From a virus (lineage: Duplodnaviria; Caudoviricetes): a stretch of DNA of 64,000 bases. Positions 28,597 to 38,199 of this stretch are shown one piece after another; positions within the stretch are counted from its first letter, which is position 1, and the number at the start of each line of letters is the position of its first letter. The stretch is from positions 79,759-143,758 of the IMG/VR virus record IMGVR_UViG_3300033463_000025. The stretch is one strand, 5' to 3'. A program made the translations under genes and the position numbers. Under the pieces are notes generated by a model that was not told the origin of the DNA, searched no databases, and saw only the letters and a list, made by a program, of their open reading frames with translations.

Positions 28597-28896
28597 TTAA
28601 AAACCTCGCTTTTCTTTGTAATAAAGTCTATCAAGTGCTTCAATGATTATCTTTGATTTATCTTTTGCATAATTACAAAGTTCTGTAAAAACGCTTCCAC
28701 AATCGTTCATCATCGCAACAATATTGCTACACAAATTAAACTGAGCTATATAATAGCTTGCATTAAGATAACAAGTTTCAATGCGCTTGCCGTTTGACGG
28801 TTTATTATTGATAATTTCCATCACCTCGGCATATGCAAAATCAATACATTCTTTTGCTTTATTGGTGAAGTATTCAATGTTAAAAGTATTATCCAT
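28597..28896 (-). CDS. hypothetical protein
   Basis: GGAGG RBS. Confidence 0.65.
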   Translation of the reverse strand: MDNTFNIEYFTNKAKECIDFAYAEVMEIINNKPSNGKRIETCYLNASYYIAQFNLCSNIVAMMNDCGSVFTELCNYAKDKSKIIIEALDRLYYKEKRGF

Positions 28897-28912
28897 TATT
28901 TTTAACCTCCTA

Positions 28913-29185
28913 TCATTTGCACTCGTCTAAGAAATTATATTTTGATAACTTGCCGAAGTGAGTTAAATATTCATCATTCATAAACGCGGCAACTTCTCTA
29001 AATTCAACTTCTTCAATAAGGTCTGATACAAAGTAACAGAACATATCTTTGCTGTTATGCTGATGCAGTAAACCATAAGTGATTATGTTTTCTACTGTAG
29101 CTCTGAACATGAAATTTTCCAAACCGTTATATTCGCTTTGCAGGTATTCCATAAAACCTTGTTTGTTAAAACCTCTGTCATTCAT
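28913..29185 (-). CDS. hypothetical protein
   Basis: Start reset to MNDRGF; the track TTG start is the -35 box. Confidence 0.7.
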   Translation of the reverse strand: MNDRGFNKQGFMEYLQSEYNGLENFMFRATVENIITYGLLHQHNSKDMFCYFVSDLIEEVEFREVAAFMNDEYLTHFGKLSKYNFLDECK

Positions 29186-29406
29186 TGTAATTACTCCTTT
29201 CATTTCTTTGTCTTTTGACGTTTTAATTATATCAAATCGGGCGGATGTTGTCAAGATATTTTACGTTGTATATTATTTTTTAATATTAAATTTTTCTGTC
29301 AAGTTTTCCATCTACTATACACATTATCTTTGTTTTTCAAAATCAAAGTTTCTTGTTGAGGCAAAAGAAAACCGTCAAGCCGAAGCCTGACGGTTAGCAA
29401 TTACTG

Positions 29407-29733
29407 TTACTGGACAAGTAAAGGACAATGGTTTTTATCTCCAATCCAAACGATTACTTTTCCTGTTTCGGTATTTCTTTCTGCAAAGCAATAACTAAAG
29501 CCATCAGCACAGTAAATCCATTCCTTGTCTTTTGTTTTCTTTGCGGTATTTATAGTTTCACGATAACATTCATAGTTTCCATTTTTCCAAAAGTATTCAA
29601 CGCAAATAGAAGCTGTGTTTTTATCTGATTTTAATTCGATAAATTTAATATTGATTTTATAATTGTTCATCTTTTTATGTGATTCTATGACGATTTTTCT
29701 AATTAAATCTACATCTTTCGGATAATTTTTCAT
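29407..29733 (-). CDS. hypothetical protein
   Basis: GGAGG RBS before MKNYPK. Confidence 0.6.
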   Translation of the reverse strand: MKNYPKDVDLIRKIVIESHKKMNNYKINIKFIELKSDKNTASICVEYFWKNGNYECYRETINTAKKTKDKEWIYCADGFSYCFAERNTETGKVIVWIGDKNHCPLLVQ

Positions 29734-29753
29734 GCTGATAACCTCCAATCTTT

Positions 29754-29957
29754 TTATACTAAGTCGGATTGCCCGTATTTCTTTTTCCATTCCTCACACT
29801 GTTTTTCAAGAACAGCCCTGTCATCGCTTCCGCCTCTGATTTCATCATCGCCTGCAACTCTTTCTCCACCAGGGAAGCGGTAACACGGGAAGCCGTGGTC
29901 AACTTCTGTGAATATCCCAATATACTCACAGCATCTAACATATTTCGGATATTTCAT
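29754..29957 (-). CDS. hypothetical protein
   Basis: GGAGG RBS before MKYPKY. Confidence 0.6.
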   Translation of the reverse strand: MKYPKYVRCCEYIGIFTEVDHGFPCYRFPGGERVAGDDEIRGGSDDRAVLEKQCEEWKKKYGQSDLV

Positions 29958-29972
29958 TTTGATAACCTCCAA

Positions 29973-30443
29973 TCAATACCAATTATTAGCGTCAGCGTCT
30001 TTTAAAAATCTTTCCTTTGCTCTCTTGAACGCATCTATTGTGTCTTTTCCATAGCCTGCCTCGGTCAGATATTCAGCATACCCATACCCATTCACAAACT
30101 CACATTCTTTGAAGCAACTGCAAACGTCATAGTCGCCCTGATAGTTTATATGGTATTCATGGTTTGCCATTTCAGAATAGAAAGCACCCTCGGCAAAGTC
30201 AGCGTCCTTCATAAGCTCATCAAGCGGGTCTTCCTTATGAAGCCAAGCCCTAATAATCGGCGCATCTTTCTTGAGATAGAAGCCGCCTCCGCTAATCTTA
30301 TAGATTTTGTCCGTGTCGTGAATTGTTAAGCCGCGCTCATTCATCGCCTTTTCAAACTGCTTATTGCTAAAAGCAAAGAATATCGGAAGCTCGTTAAATT
30401 CCTTTTGTCTCGCAGTTTTGTAGTCGTCGTAAGTAATAGTCAT
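29973..30443 (-). CDS. hypothetical phage protein
   Basis: PIFFAFSNKQF..GGGFY..EMANHEY; own promoter. Confidence 0.8.
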   Translation of the reverse strand: MTITYDDYKTARQKEFNELPIFFAFSNKQFEKAMNERGLTIHDTDKIYKISGGGFYLKKDAPIIRAWLHKEDPLDELMKDADFAEGAFYSEMANHEYHINYQGDYDVCSCFKECEFVNGYGYAEYLTEAGYGKDTIDAFKRAKERFLKDADANNWY

Positions 30444-30777
30444 CAGATTTTCCTCCTTTATTATATTGTTGTATCTTTTGACAATATAAGTATAGCATTT
30501 TCCTGTTGTGGTGTCAAGATATTTTCCTTCGTTTATTAGTTTTTAATATTAGTAAAATCTGTTTCTGATTATCCTCTTTGCACTGCATTGTTCAGTTCGG
30601 TTTGGTGTAATGCAAGCTAAACTGAATAATCCGATATTGCAAAATCATAATTTAGTAAATCGTAATTTTGCAAAATTGAGTTTTTCTGTTTGGCTAATAC
30701 AGAAAAACTTGATATTGAAAATTAAAGTCGTAAAGAAAAAAACCGCCTGTTACAGCGGATTTTTTCTATTATACTTT

Positions 30778-30990
30778 TTACCATTCTTCAAATTTTCGTT
30801 TTGGTCTCTCGTCATAAAACAAGGTGTAGCCGTTAATATATGGCTCAAATGTTTTCCGTTCTTTTACGTTTGTCCATTCAATAGTTTCTGTTACACCGTC
30901 AGCAAACTTTAAGTCAGCAATAGGTGTTACGTTGTACTCATTAAAATAAATTCTTACTGCAACAATATGGCGCATTAAAGTGTTATTCAT
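30778..30990 (-). CDS. hypothetical protein
   Basis: Downstream of DGR target 2 in the same unit. Confidence 0.6.
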   Translation of the reverse strand: MNNTLMRHIVAVRIYFNEYNVTPIADLKFADGVTETIEWTNVKERKTFEPYINGYTLFYDERPKRKFEEW

Positions 30991-31020
30991 AACTTAATTA
31001 CCCCTTTTATTTTTTTTGGT

Positions 31021-31641
31021 TTAGTCAATAGGAGATACAAAGATAGTAGATTTGAAGATAAAAAACGGACGAAGCCCAATCACGCCGTAGTAGCTGACGT
31101 AGTAGATGCTACCGAGAGGCGACACACAAAGAGCTAATGAACTATCATAGTGAGGTAGTGTGCTCCAAGCCGTTGCAAGCCACCACCAAATATCTAACTT
31201 ATATTTGTCAAAAATTTCTGTGTTTGCGCGGTAGAAGTCAAGAGTCGCAAGGCTGATTCGTGAAGTCATAGTGCCAAATACCTTTAACCCATCAAGAGTA
31301 GTCAGGTCTGTGGTAAATTCTAAAACATTATCATCACCAACAGCGGCAATTACCTGCGGCAGATATTCTTCCTTGAGAAGCGTTAATGCGTGACTCTTGC
31401 TAAAGTCGTTTGTGTTGTCGTCAAACTTTTCATCAGTATAAACTGCGTCTTTAGTCATAACAACAGCTTTTCCATCGCTCTCGGAGAACTTAATAAATGT
31501 GATTCCGCCAATCTCAAAAGTGCTTCCATCTTCGATTTTTGAAAGCTGGACGGTTTTTCTGTTTGCTTTGTTTACGAGGCTCAGAAGGTTTGCTCTTTCC
31601 TCTTCAGTCAGGTTATCCATATTGATTGTGATAGTTTCCAT
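31021..31641 (-). CDS. DGR target protein 2 (remote paralog of target 1)
   Basis: TDLTTLDGLK, WWWLATA, CVSP..GLRPF..IFVSP. Start reset to METITI. Confidence 0.9.
   Translation of the reverse strand: METITINMDNLTEEERANLLSLVNKANRKTVQLSKIEDGSTFEIGGITFIKFSESDGKAVVMTKDAVYTDEKFDDNTNDFSKSHALTLLKEEYLPQVIAAVGDDNVLEFTTDLTTLDGLKVFGTMTSRISLATLDFYRANTEIFDKYKLDIWWWLATAWSTLPHYDSSLALCVSPLGSIYYVSYYGVIGLRPFFIFKSTIFVSPID
31063..31133 (-). repeat. DGR variable repeat VR2
   Basis: 13 mismatches to TR, all at TR adenines. Confidence 0.95.
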
Positions 31642-31917
31642 AATGCTTACTCCTTTGTAATATAGTATTTGTCTTTGTGACATCCTTATTATAACATAAT
31701 TCAATAGTTTAGTCAAGTTATGTTATAATTTTTATAATTACCTTTTTCTGTTCAGATTCATCAAGAAATAATAGTTTTTCAAAAATAGATTTTTCTGAAA
31801 TTTTCCACCAACTATTATTATTTTGCAAAATTGATTATTCTTGCGCCATGACGCAGAATTGTTCAATATCAAAAACTAAAAGCCACAACAGAAAACCCGC
31901 CTTTCGGCGGGTAACTG

Positions 31918-32421
31918 TTAATCCTCATACTCCCTTGAGAGTATAAAGTCATATCGTTCGCAGTCGTCTACAAAATCTGTGTCGGGATTATAAATCAGGT
32001 AAGTCAGCATCAGTGTACCGTCACTAATAGGAATACCCAAATCAAAGTATGAAATATAATTGTATTCTGATTCCGTGTTCAATATTCTCCCGTCACCTTT
32101 GGTTTTATTAACAACTTTTCCGATAACTCTTTCAACTATAAGCGTATTGCTTGCCGTTCTGGTTTCGAGGATTTCAGCGGTCAGCTCATCGGGATTATAA
32201 ATCTTGAAATTTTCCAAATCTAATATGAAGTTTTCCTCTAATGGTTTATAGGGATATTGTTCATCAAGTGTGATTTCATCCATTGTGGTTTGCTCGGCTG
32301 GTTCGTTTACTTGCCCAACAGCATTGAAAATCGCGCCAACTGTTCCCAATAAAGACATCACAACTAATAGTGTTGCAAAAATAATAATAAATACCATAGT
32401 AAATTTATTCATGGTCTGCAC
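31918..32421 (-). CDS. N-terminally membrane-anchored or exported protein
   Basis: Hydrophobic N-terminal helix followed by an acidic domain. Confidence 0.75.
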   Translation of the reverse strand: MQTMNKFTMVFIIIFATLLVVMSLLGTVGAIFNAVGQVNEPAEQTTMDEITLDEQYPYKPLEENFILDLENFKIYNPDELTAEILETRTASNTLIVERVIGKVVNKTKGDGRILNTESEYNYISYFDLGIPISDGTLMLTYLIYNPDTDFVDDCERYDFILSREYED

Positions 32422-32426
32422 CTCCT

Positions 32427-32681
32427 TTATAATCTCACGCCGTAATTCATGTTGATTTCAATATCTGTGCCGTCGAAATTGCCGCCCTGCTTTTTGAAGT
32501 GTTCCTTGCAATACTCAATAGCTTCATCCTCAGACTTGGTAAAGCGTCCGATTCCGCAGTAATAATATGTTTTGCCTGCATCAACACTTGTGTAAACCTG
32601 TGCATTGTGTGTGTACCCGTCAACAGGGAAGTACATTTTCTCGATTCCGTATCTGAATTTTATTTTGCTCATGTTTTCCAA
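32427..32681 (-). CDS. hypothetical protein
   Basis: Promoter plus RBS. Confidence 0.65.
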   Translation of the reverse strand: MENMSKIKFRYGIEKMYFPVDGYTHNAQVYTSVDAGKTYYYCGIGRFTKSEDEAIEYCKEHFKKQGGNFDGTDIEINMNYGVRL

Positions 32682-32997
32682 CTCCTTAATATATTATGTC
32701 TTTTGACAATCTAATTATAGCAAATCGTCGGTTGTTCTGTCAAGTATTTTCCCGCGTTTTATTAATTTTTAATATCTCAAATTCCTGCGTGATTTTCCTC
32801 TGCCTGGTCTGCTCGGCGCAGGATTCCTTTGTTTTCCAAAATCAAACTTTTCTGTTGAGCAAAACAGTTTTTCTTAATATTTCAAAATCAAATTTTCCAC
32901 CAACTATATAACCCAATAAACGAAAATCACCAGAGCCGAAGCCCTGGTGATTCCCGCAAATAGAAAGGAGATTTATGAAAACAAATAAAAGTGGATG

Positions 32998-33294
32998 TCA
33001 AATTGTAAAAGCCTGCCCAATCTGCTCATAGTCAGTAGCAATAAATGGTTTCTGAAGATATGCTTCGATGCCGTTCATCAGAGCCTTCTCGATTGCGTCC
33101 TCATTATACTTGCCCTGTTTGTAACTATAGCCCCAGCGAAAAATCTTCATCAGCTCCGCAACTTTTTCAGCGGTAGTGCTCTTGTCAAAAACTCTTTTTA
33201 AAAAATCACAGTGCGCCAGCGCATAGTTATAAGCGATTTTCTGTTCGGCTGAACATACTCTAATGCTAACTTTAGATATTTTGTGCAACTTCAT
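32998..33294 (-). CDS. hypothetical protein
   Basis: Start reset to MKLHK. Confidence 0.7.
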   Translation of the reverse strand: MKLHKISKVSIRVCSAEQKIAYNYALAHCDFLKRVFDKSTTAEKVAELMKIFRWGYSYKQGKYNEDAIEKALMNGIEAYLQKPFIATDYEQIGQAFTI

Positions 33295-33590
33295 TTTGGT
33301 TTGCTCCCTTCGGTTTATTACAATCGTATTGTAGCACGTCCGCGTTATTTTGTCAAGATATTTTCCGCTATTCATTACTTTTTAATATCAGCGTTTTCTG
33401 CTCTCCGTGCGGTCGGCAAAGAGTTTTAATTTTGCAAAATCATATTTTTCTGTTGCTCCTGCGGATGCCAGCACAGAAATTTTCCATTTTTCAAAATTAA
33501 GATTTTCCGTTACTAATAAGCAATAAGAAAAACGCCGCCTGTTGGCGACGTTCTTCTTCTGCTCAACTATATCTTTTCTCTTTAGGAGGA

Positions 33591-33923
33591 TTAATCTATT
33601 GTACGGTAAAAATAATCGAGCTGTTCACCCTTCAGATTTTCCCTTGCATAATTGTCGGCGGTCTCCCAGAGTTCATTGTAAACTTCCGCGTAGGCTTTAT
33701 GCCCTGCGTTATAATGCTCCCAAATTTTCCAATTAAGAGCCATTACTAACTCTGTTAAGTAGATGTGGTTATTTTTCCAAGCTCTCATCGCTCTGCGGTA
33801 AGTGTCGCGGATTGCGGGGATGCCGAATCGGTCAGCGATAGAAAAGTCCATGTAGAAAGTAGTCTGAGGCTTGTAACCTGTGATTGCCTCGATATTCCAG
33901 TCTTTGTAAGTCATTGTAGCCAT
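33591..33923 (-). CDS. hypothetical phage protein
   Basis: TTFYMDFSIAD..LTELVMALNWKIW; own promoter and terminator. Confidence 0.8.
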   Translation of the reverse strand: MATMTYKDWNIEAITGYKPQTTFYMDFSIADRFGIPAIRDTYRRAMRAWKNNHIYLTELVMALNWKIWEHYNAGHKAYAEVYNELWETADNYARENLKGEQLDYFYRTID

Positions 33924-34263
33924 TTGTCAAATCTCCTTTGTTATAGTTTATTTTGTCTTTTGACAACCTTATTATAACAAATAGGTTTTTATTTGTCAAG
34001 ATATTTTCCGCTATTTAATAATTTTTAATATTGCGTTTTTCTGTTGCCATGGTTCTGTCGCGGCTCGCCCAGCGCAAGGAATCTTTGTTTTTCAAAATCA
34101 CGATTTTCTGTGGAGCTTCAACAGAAAAATCAAATTTTCCAAAATAAAGAATTATAGCGCGGTCGCGCAGAAAAGTGGGATATTTCAAAATCAAGTTTTC
34201 CGTTTACTATTAGCGGCAAAAAAAACAACCCGCCTTTCGGCGGGTCTGCTTTTGTGTTTTTCC

Positions 34264-34758
34264 TTATGCTGTAATTCTCGCTTGCTCTTCGGTCTCAACT
34301 TCCTGACTGCCCCAAAGATTTCTAATTTCATTCATTGTATAGGTTTTCTTGCCCTTCTTCACATAGTCCTCAGTGTGATAATACCATGCAGACTTGTTTT
34401 TGCTCCATCTGAACTTTAATTCCTTCAAGATTTCCTTGTACGGTTTAGTGTTACCAGAGAGCCAGAGCCACGAGCCGCAAATCTCAATAAGCACGTTTTC
34501 AAAGTGAATCAGCTTGTTGATGATTTCGATAAATTCAGCAGGCTTTTCCTTTACCTCGGTGTCGGTCGTGTAGACTTCACCCTTCGCGTTGGTGTGGGTA
34601 TTCTTGAGCAGGTGGAATAATGTCTGATACTCGTTGTTGATTTCTTTCATGTCCTGTTCAAGTCCGCCAATGTCGGGATGATGCTCCATCGCTAACTTGC
34701 GGTACTGCTTCTTCAGCTCTTCCAGTGTACGCGGATTTTCAAACCATTTTGTTCTCAT
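34264..34758 (-). CDS. J-domain (DnaJ-type) protein
   Basis: LKKQYRKLAMEHHPDIGG..MKEINNEY. Confidence 0.88.
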   Translation of the reverse strand: MRTKWFENPRTLEELKKQYRKLAMEHHPDIGGLEQDMKEINNEYQTLFHLLKNTHTNAKGEVYTTDTEVKEKPAEFIEIINKLIHFENVLIEICGSWLWLSGNTKPYKEILKELKFRWSKNKSAWYYHTEDYVKKGKKTYTMNEIRNLWGSQEVETEEQARITA

Positions 34759-35114
34759 AATGACAACTCCTTTAAAAATATTTTATTGTCTTTTGACATC
34801 TATATTATAATGCCGCCCGTTCGTATTGTCAAGTATTTTTGCTGTGTTTATTGATTTTTAATATTTCATTTTTCTGTCCTGGTGCCTCGGTCGCCAGAGC
34901 GTCCGCAGGTCAGCAGGATTGCTTTGTTTTTCAATATTGAGATTTTTTGCTGAAGCTCCGCCTCGCGGTCGCTGGATTCCTTTATTTTGCAAAATCAAGA
35001 AAAACTGTTGCTCCCCAGCACGGGAGAACAGAAAAGTATAATTTTGAAAAATTAAGTTTTTCTGCGATGCCAGGCAAAAAGAAAAGCCGCCTCGGTCGGC
35101 GGCTCTCGCGTTGG

Positions 35115-35348
35115 TTAAATATCATACACTCCGTTCTCTTCTTGTCTCGCTAAGATAGCATCTTCATAATCAGGATAACTACAATTATAAGCGTTATAAG
35201 GTGAAGTCTTATAGCCTCTCAATCCATCGGTGCAAATCTTGCCGTTCGTGATAGCGTAACAGTTATTACACAGTCCATCGCAAATCTGATTCTTCCATTT
35301 ACATTTAGTGCCGTAAATATCTTTTACATAGTCTGGTATAATAGTCAT
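35115..35348 (-). CDS. small Cys-rich protein
   Basis: Start reset to MTIIP. Confidence 0.6.
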   Translation of the reverse strand: MTIIPDYVKDIYGTKCKWKNQICDGLCNNCYAITNGKICTDGLRGYKTSPYNAYNCSYPDYEDAILARQEENGVYDI

Positions 35349-35362
35349 TGTTATAACCTCCT

Positions 35363-35632
35363 TTATATGTATTGAAGTCTTTTTAATCCCCAATCAGTTA
35401 TTCTTTCTTTAACGTATTTTAATTCCCAATCTTCAAAACCCTCTTTGAATAAGTAGCCGAAAATCATCAAGGAATAATCAACTGCATCTTCAAATTGTAA
35501 AAACGGGTCGAATCTGTTAATCTCTTCGCCTGTCTCGTGTCCTTCGTGCATTAAGCAAACGAGGCAAGCGATTAGCTTTTCCGTATTAAGTGTATAAATA
35601 CTTGCTCTTTCTTGAATTTCTTTTGTAGTCAT
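35363..35632 (-). CDS. hypothetical protein
   Basis: Start reset to MTTKE. Confidence 0.65.
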   Translation of the reverse strand: MTTKEIQERASIYTLNTEKLIACLVCLMHEGHETGEEINRFDPFLQFEDAVDYSLMIFGYLFKEGFEDWELKYVKERITDWGLKRLQYI

Positions 35633-36552
35633 AATCAAAATCTCCTTTGACAAATTTATTGTGGTTATAATATATCATAGACTTTGATATGCTGTCAAGT
35701 ATTTTCAGTAAATCTATTAATTTTTAATATTCAAGTTTTCTGTTGCTCCTTCCCTGGTGCATGGTGCTTCAGGTTTCCTTTGTTTTGCAAAATTCAATTT
35801 TTCCGTTATACCCATATGCACGGTAGCAATTAATCTTTATTTTTCAAAATTAAGATTTATTGTTTACTCTCCACTGGTTGATGCAGAAATTATCCATATT
35901 GAAAAATATTGTTTTTTTGAATAATAGTATTTTCCTCTGGTCAGATAACTTGTCATATATTGCAAATTATCTTTTATATCGCCGTTTAACTTGCAGTATT
36001 TTACAAATTAACTACAATGGTTTTTCTCGCGTCCTCTCGCGCTCTCTGTCTCTGTTTTACGCTTTAATAATATCCAGTTATTCTTTTATTGATTCGTTCA
36101 ATACAGGGCAATTCTCGCAATAATAAAGCTATGGTTTCACGGCTCAAATTTTCCATCAAGGGCAGGCAGTAAAAGAAGATTCAAATTTTCCATCAAGGCG
36201 GATGCTCCAAACTCTTTAACCTCGGTGATACAATAAATCTTTATTTTTCAAAATTATATTTTTCTGTTGCATTATCTTTTCCATAGTCGCCAATGAATAT
36301 GATGTTATATAGTATATTATATCTTCCTCTTTTTTCCTCTTCCCTCTCTCGCTCGCCGTTCCACTGGTTGCCGTCCGCGTTTTCCTTGCTCGCCGTCGGT
36401 CGGTCAGAATTTCCCAATATTGCAAAATGAATTTTTCCAAAGTCGCCATAACAGATAATTATAATTTTCCAATATAGTGAATTTTTGTTCAGTGAAGTTT
36501 TCTTCAGCATAAGTAAAGCCCCGCAGGATTTTCCCGCAGGGCTGTCGGTCGG

Positions 36553-36855
36553 TTAGGCTGTTTTCTTTTTCCTCGGCTCAAATTTTCCTATTGCCAGCAT
36601 AAAGCCAATAATAAATATTATTACTATAGCAGTAATATCTGTTTTTCCGTTCACCGTGTCAAGTATTCCACTAAATGATAATAGGATTGCAGAAGTCATA
36701 ACAATTATTCCAGCCAGCCGCGTATAACGTGCAAGTCGTTTTTTTCTTTTGCTTTCTAACTTTCTTCGGCGGCTCTTGCGCTGAAGCTCAAGAAATTTCC
36801 GCCTCTCGTCAAGTCTGATATTTTCCAAGTCAAGGTCGTTTAAATAGTAGGTCAT
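36553..36855 (-). CDS. basic two-TM membrane protein
   Basis: Arg/Lys-rich N-terminus and two hydrophobic helices. Confidence 0.7.
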   Translation of the reverse strand: MTYYLNDLDLENIRLDERRKFLELQRKSRRRKLESKRKKRLARYTRLAGIIVMTSAILLSFSGILDTVNGKTDITAIVIIFIIGFMLAIGKFEPRKKKTA

Positions 36856-37320
36856 AATTTCCAGCTCCTTTGATTTCTGTTTGGTTTCTGTTTGTCTTTT
36901 GACATTTTCCATTATAATGCCGTAAAAGAATTTTGTCAAGATATTTTCCGTAAATCATTATTTTTTAATATCAAATTTTCCTGTTTGTCACAGCTCAAAT
37001 TTTCCAAAATGATTGCCTGGTCAGATTTTCCTTCTTGACATCTTCCGCCAAGCAATATATGATTATTTTTAGAAATTGAAATTTTCTGCTTGCTCAGGTT
37101 GCTCCGCCGCAAATTTCCGCGATTTTGAAAAATAAAGAAATTCTGTAGGGACGCAGGCTGAAGCCAGGGAGAAGCCACAGAAAAAGATAATTTTGCAAAA
37201 TTGAAAATTTTTGCGGATGCAGGCGGCTCAGACGCAGAAAAATTGAATTTTGAAAAATAAAGTTTTTCTGCGGGAGCACAAAAAAAAATGACCCGCCTTT
37301 CGGCGGGTCTGTCGGTCTGA

Positions 37321-38199
37321 TTAGCGGCTGATGTACTTGTTGTAGATTTTGACTAACTTCTGAGCTGTGACCTGTGCTTTGTGCTTCCTGTAGCTGGTCT
37401 TGTTGGGGTATCTGGTGCTGTCCTTCGGCTCGTCGTTGAAGTGCAGGATGAAGTTGTTGATGATTGCGTCAACCATCTCGGTACAACATTTCGCCGCCTT
37501 CATGTACTGCTTCGCGCTGATGAACTTGCAGATTCTGAACTCGATTCTGTTGTCGTGCTGGAGGTTGATGAAGTTGCGGTGCTCGCTCGCGCTGGTGTAC
37601 ACGCTATAGCCGCAAGCCCAGCCGCCCAGTGCTCTTCCGAACAGCTCTGCTGTTGCTGTCCTGTTAGCTTCCATCGCTTCGGTGAGCGGTACGAACAGGC
37701 TGTTGCAGAATCGGCGGATATAGTCAACGGTGACTTCGTTGATGTGCTCTGTGTCGCCTATGTTCAAGTGAGTGCCGCAGTTGCTGTGGATGGTGTTGAA
37801 GTCGCCTGTTGCGTTGAGTCGCTCGACGGTCTCGCAGTCCTTGCTCAGTGCGTTGAGTCCGCGATAGATAGCAGTCTTGTACTCGATAGCAACAGTGCTG
37901 TCAGAAGTCGCCAGCCAGCCGCGCCCCAGGAACTCGATTCTTGCGCGCTCTGAGTCAGCCATAGACTCAAATTCAACGCCGTAGGTTTTGTTGTTGGCTT
38001 TGACTTTGCCGTGAATAGTCGTAGACTCAGCGTAGTAGCTGTCACGCCTGGAGGCGCAGTACGGACACAGGTACGCCGCGCCCATGCCGTGAGCGTCCGC
38101 GTATAAGCCGCCGCGGTCGTTTTTGTAGACGCGAACCATGCGCTCTACGTTGTCAGTGTGATGGCAGTTAGGATTGATACAGGTTGCAGTGATTTTCAT
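37321..38199 (-). CDS. amidoligase (COOH-NH2 ligase, Amidoligase_2-like)
   Basis: YGVEFE, SDST, EYKT, CGTHLNIG, RNFIN, RIEFR; visibly GC-rich. Confidence 0.82.
   Translation of the reverse strand: MKITATCINPNCHHTDNVERMVRVYKNDRGGLYADAHGMGAAYLCPYCASRRDSYYAESTTIHGKVKANNKTYGVEFESMADSERARIEFLGRGWLATSDSTVAIEYKTAIYRGLNALSKDCETVERLNATGDFNTIHSNCGTHLNIGDTEHINEVTVDYIRRFCNSLFVPLTEAMEANRTATAELFGRALGGWACGYSVYTSASEHRNFINLQHDNRIEFRICKFISAKQYMKAAKCCTEMVDAIINNFILHFNDEPKDSTRYPNKTSYRKHKAQVTAQKLVKIYNKYISR

Larger units (their letters stand above)
28059..37308 (-). terminator. repeated terminator hairpin ACC(C)GCC-GAAA-GGC(G)GGT plus U-rich tail
   Basis: Copies at 28059-28076, 31895-31912, 34228-34245 and 37291-37308, each just after a - strand stop codon. 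Confidence 0.85.

Noticed and set aside
31780-31810. CodY box resemblance of the repeated motif
   Set aside because: Only partial matches; the larger ~38-bp dyad explains them better.
28913-36939. Track starts at TTG (29254, 31716, 36939)
   Set aside because: These TTGs fall in -35 boxes; downstream ATGs with RBSs are the plausible starts.
35860-37279. Short ORFs in motif-rich spacers (35860, 36216, 36241, 36936, 37094)
   Set aside because: Translations of the A-tract repeats with no convincing RBS.
37381-37953. Long antisense ORFs (also 40900-41787, 53233-53835, 26330-27475)
   Set aside because: Shadows of well-supported genes with biased codons.
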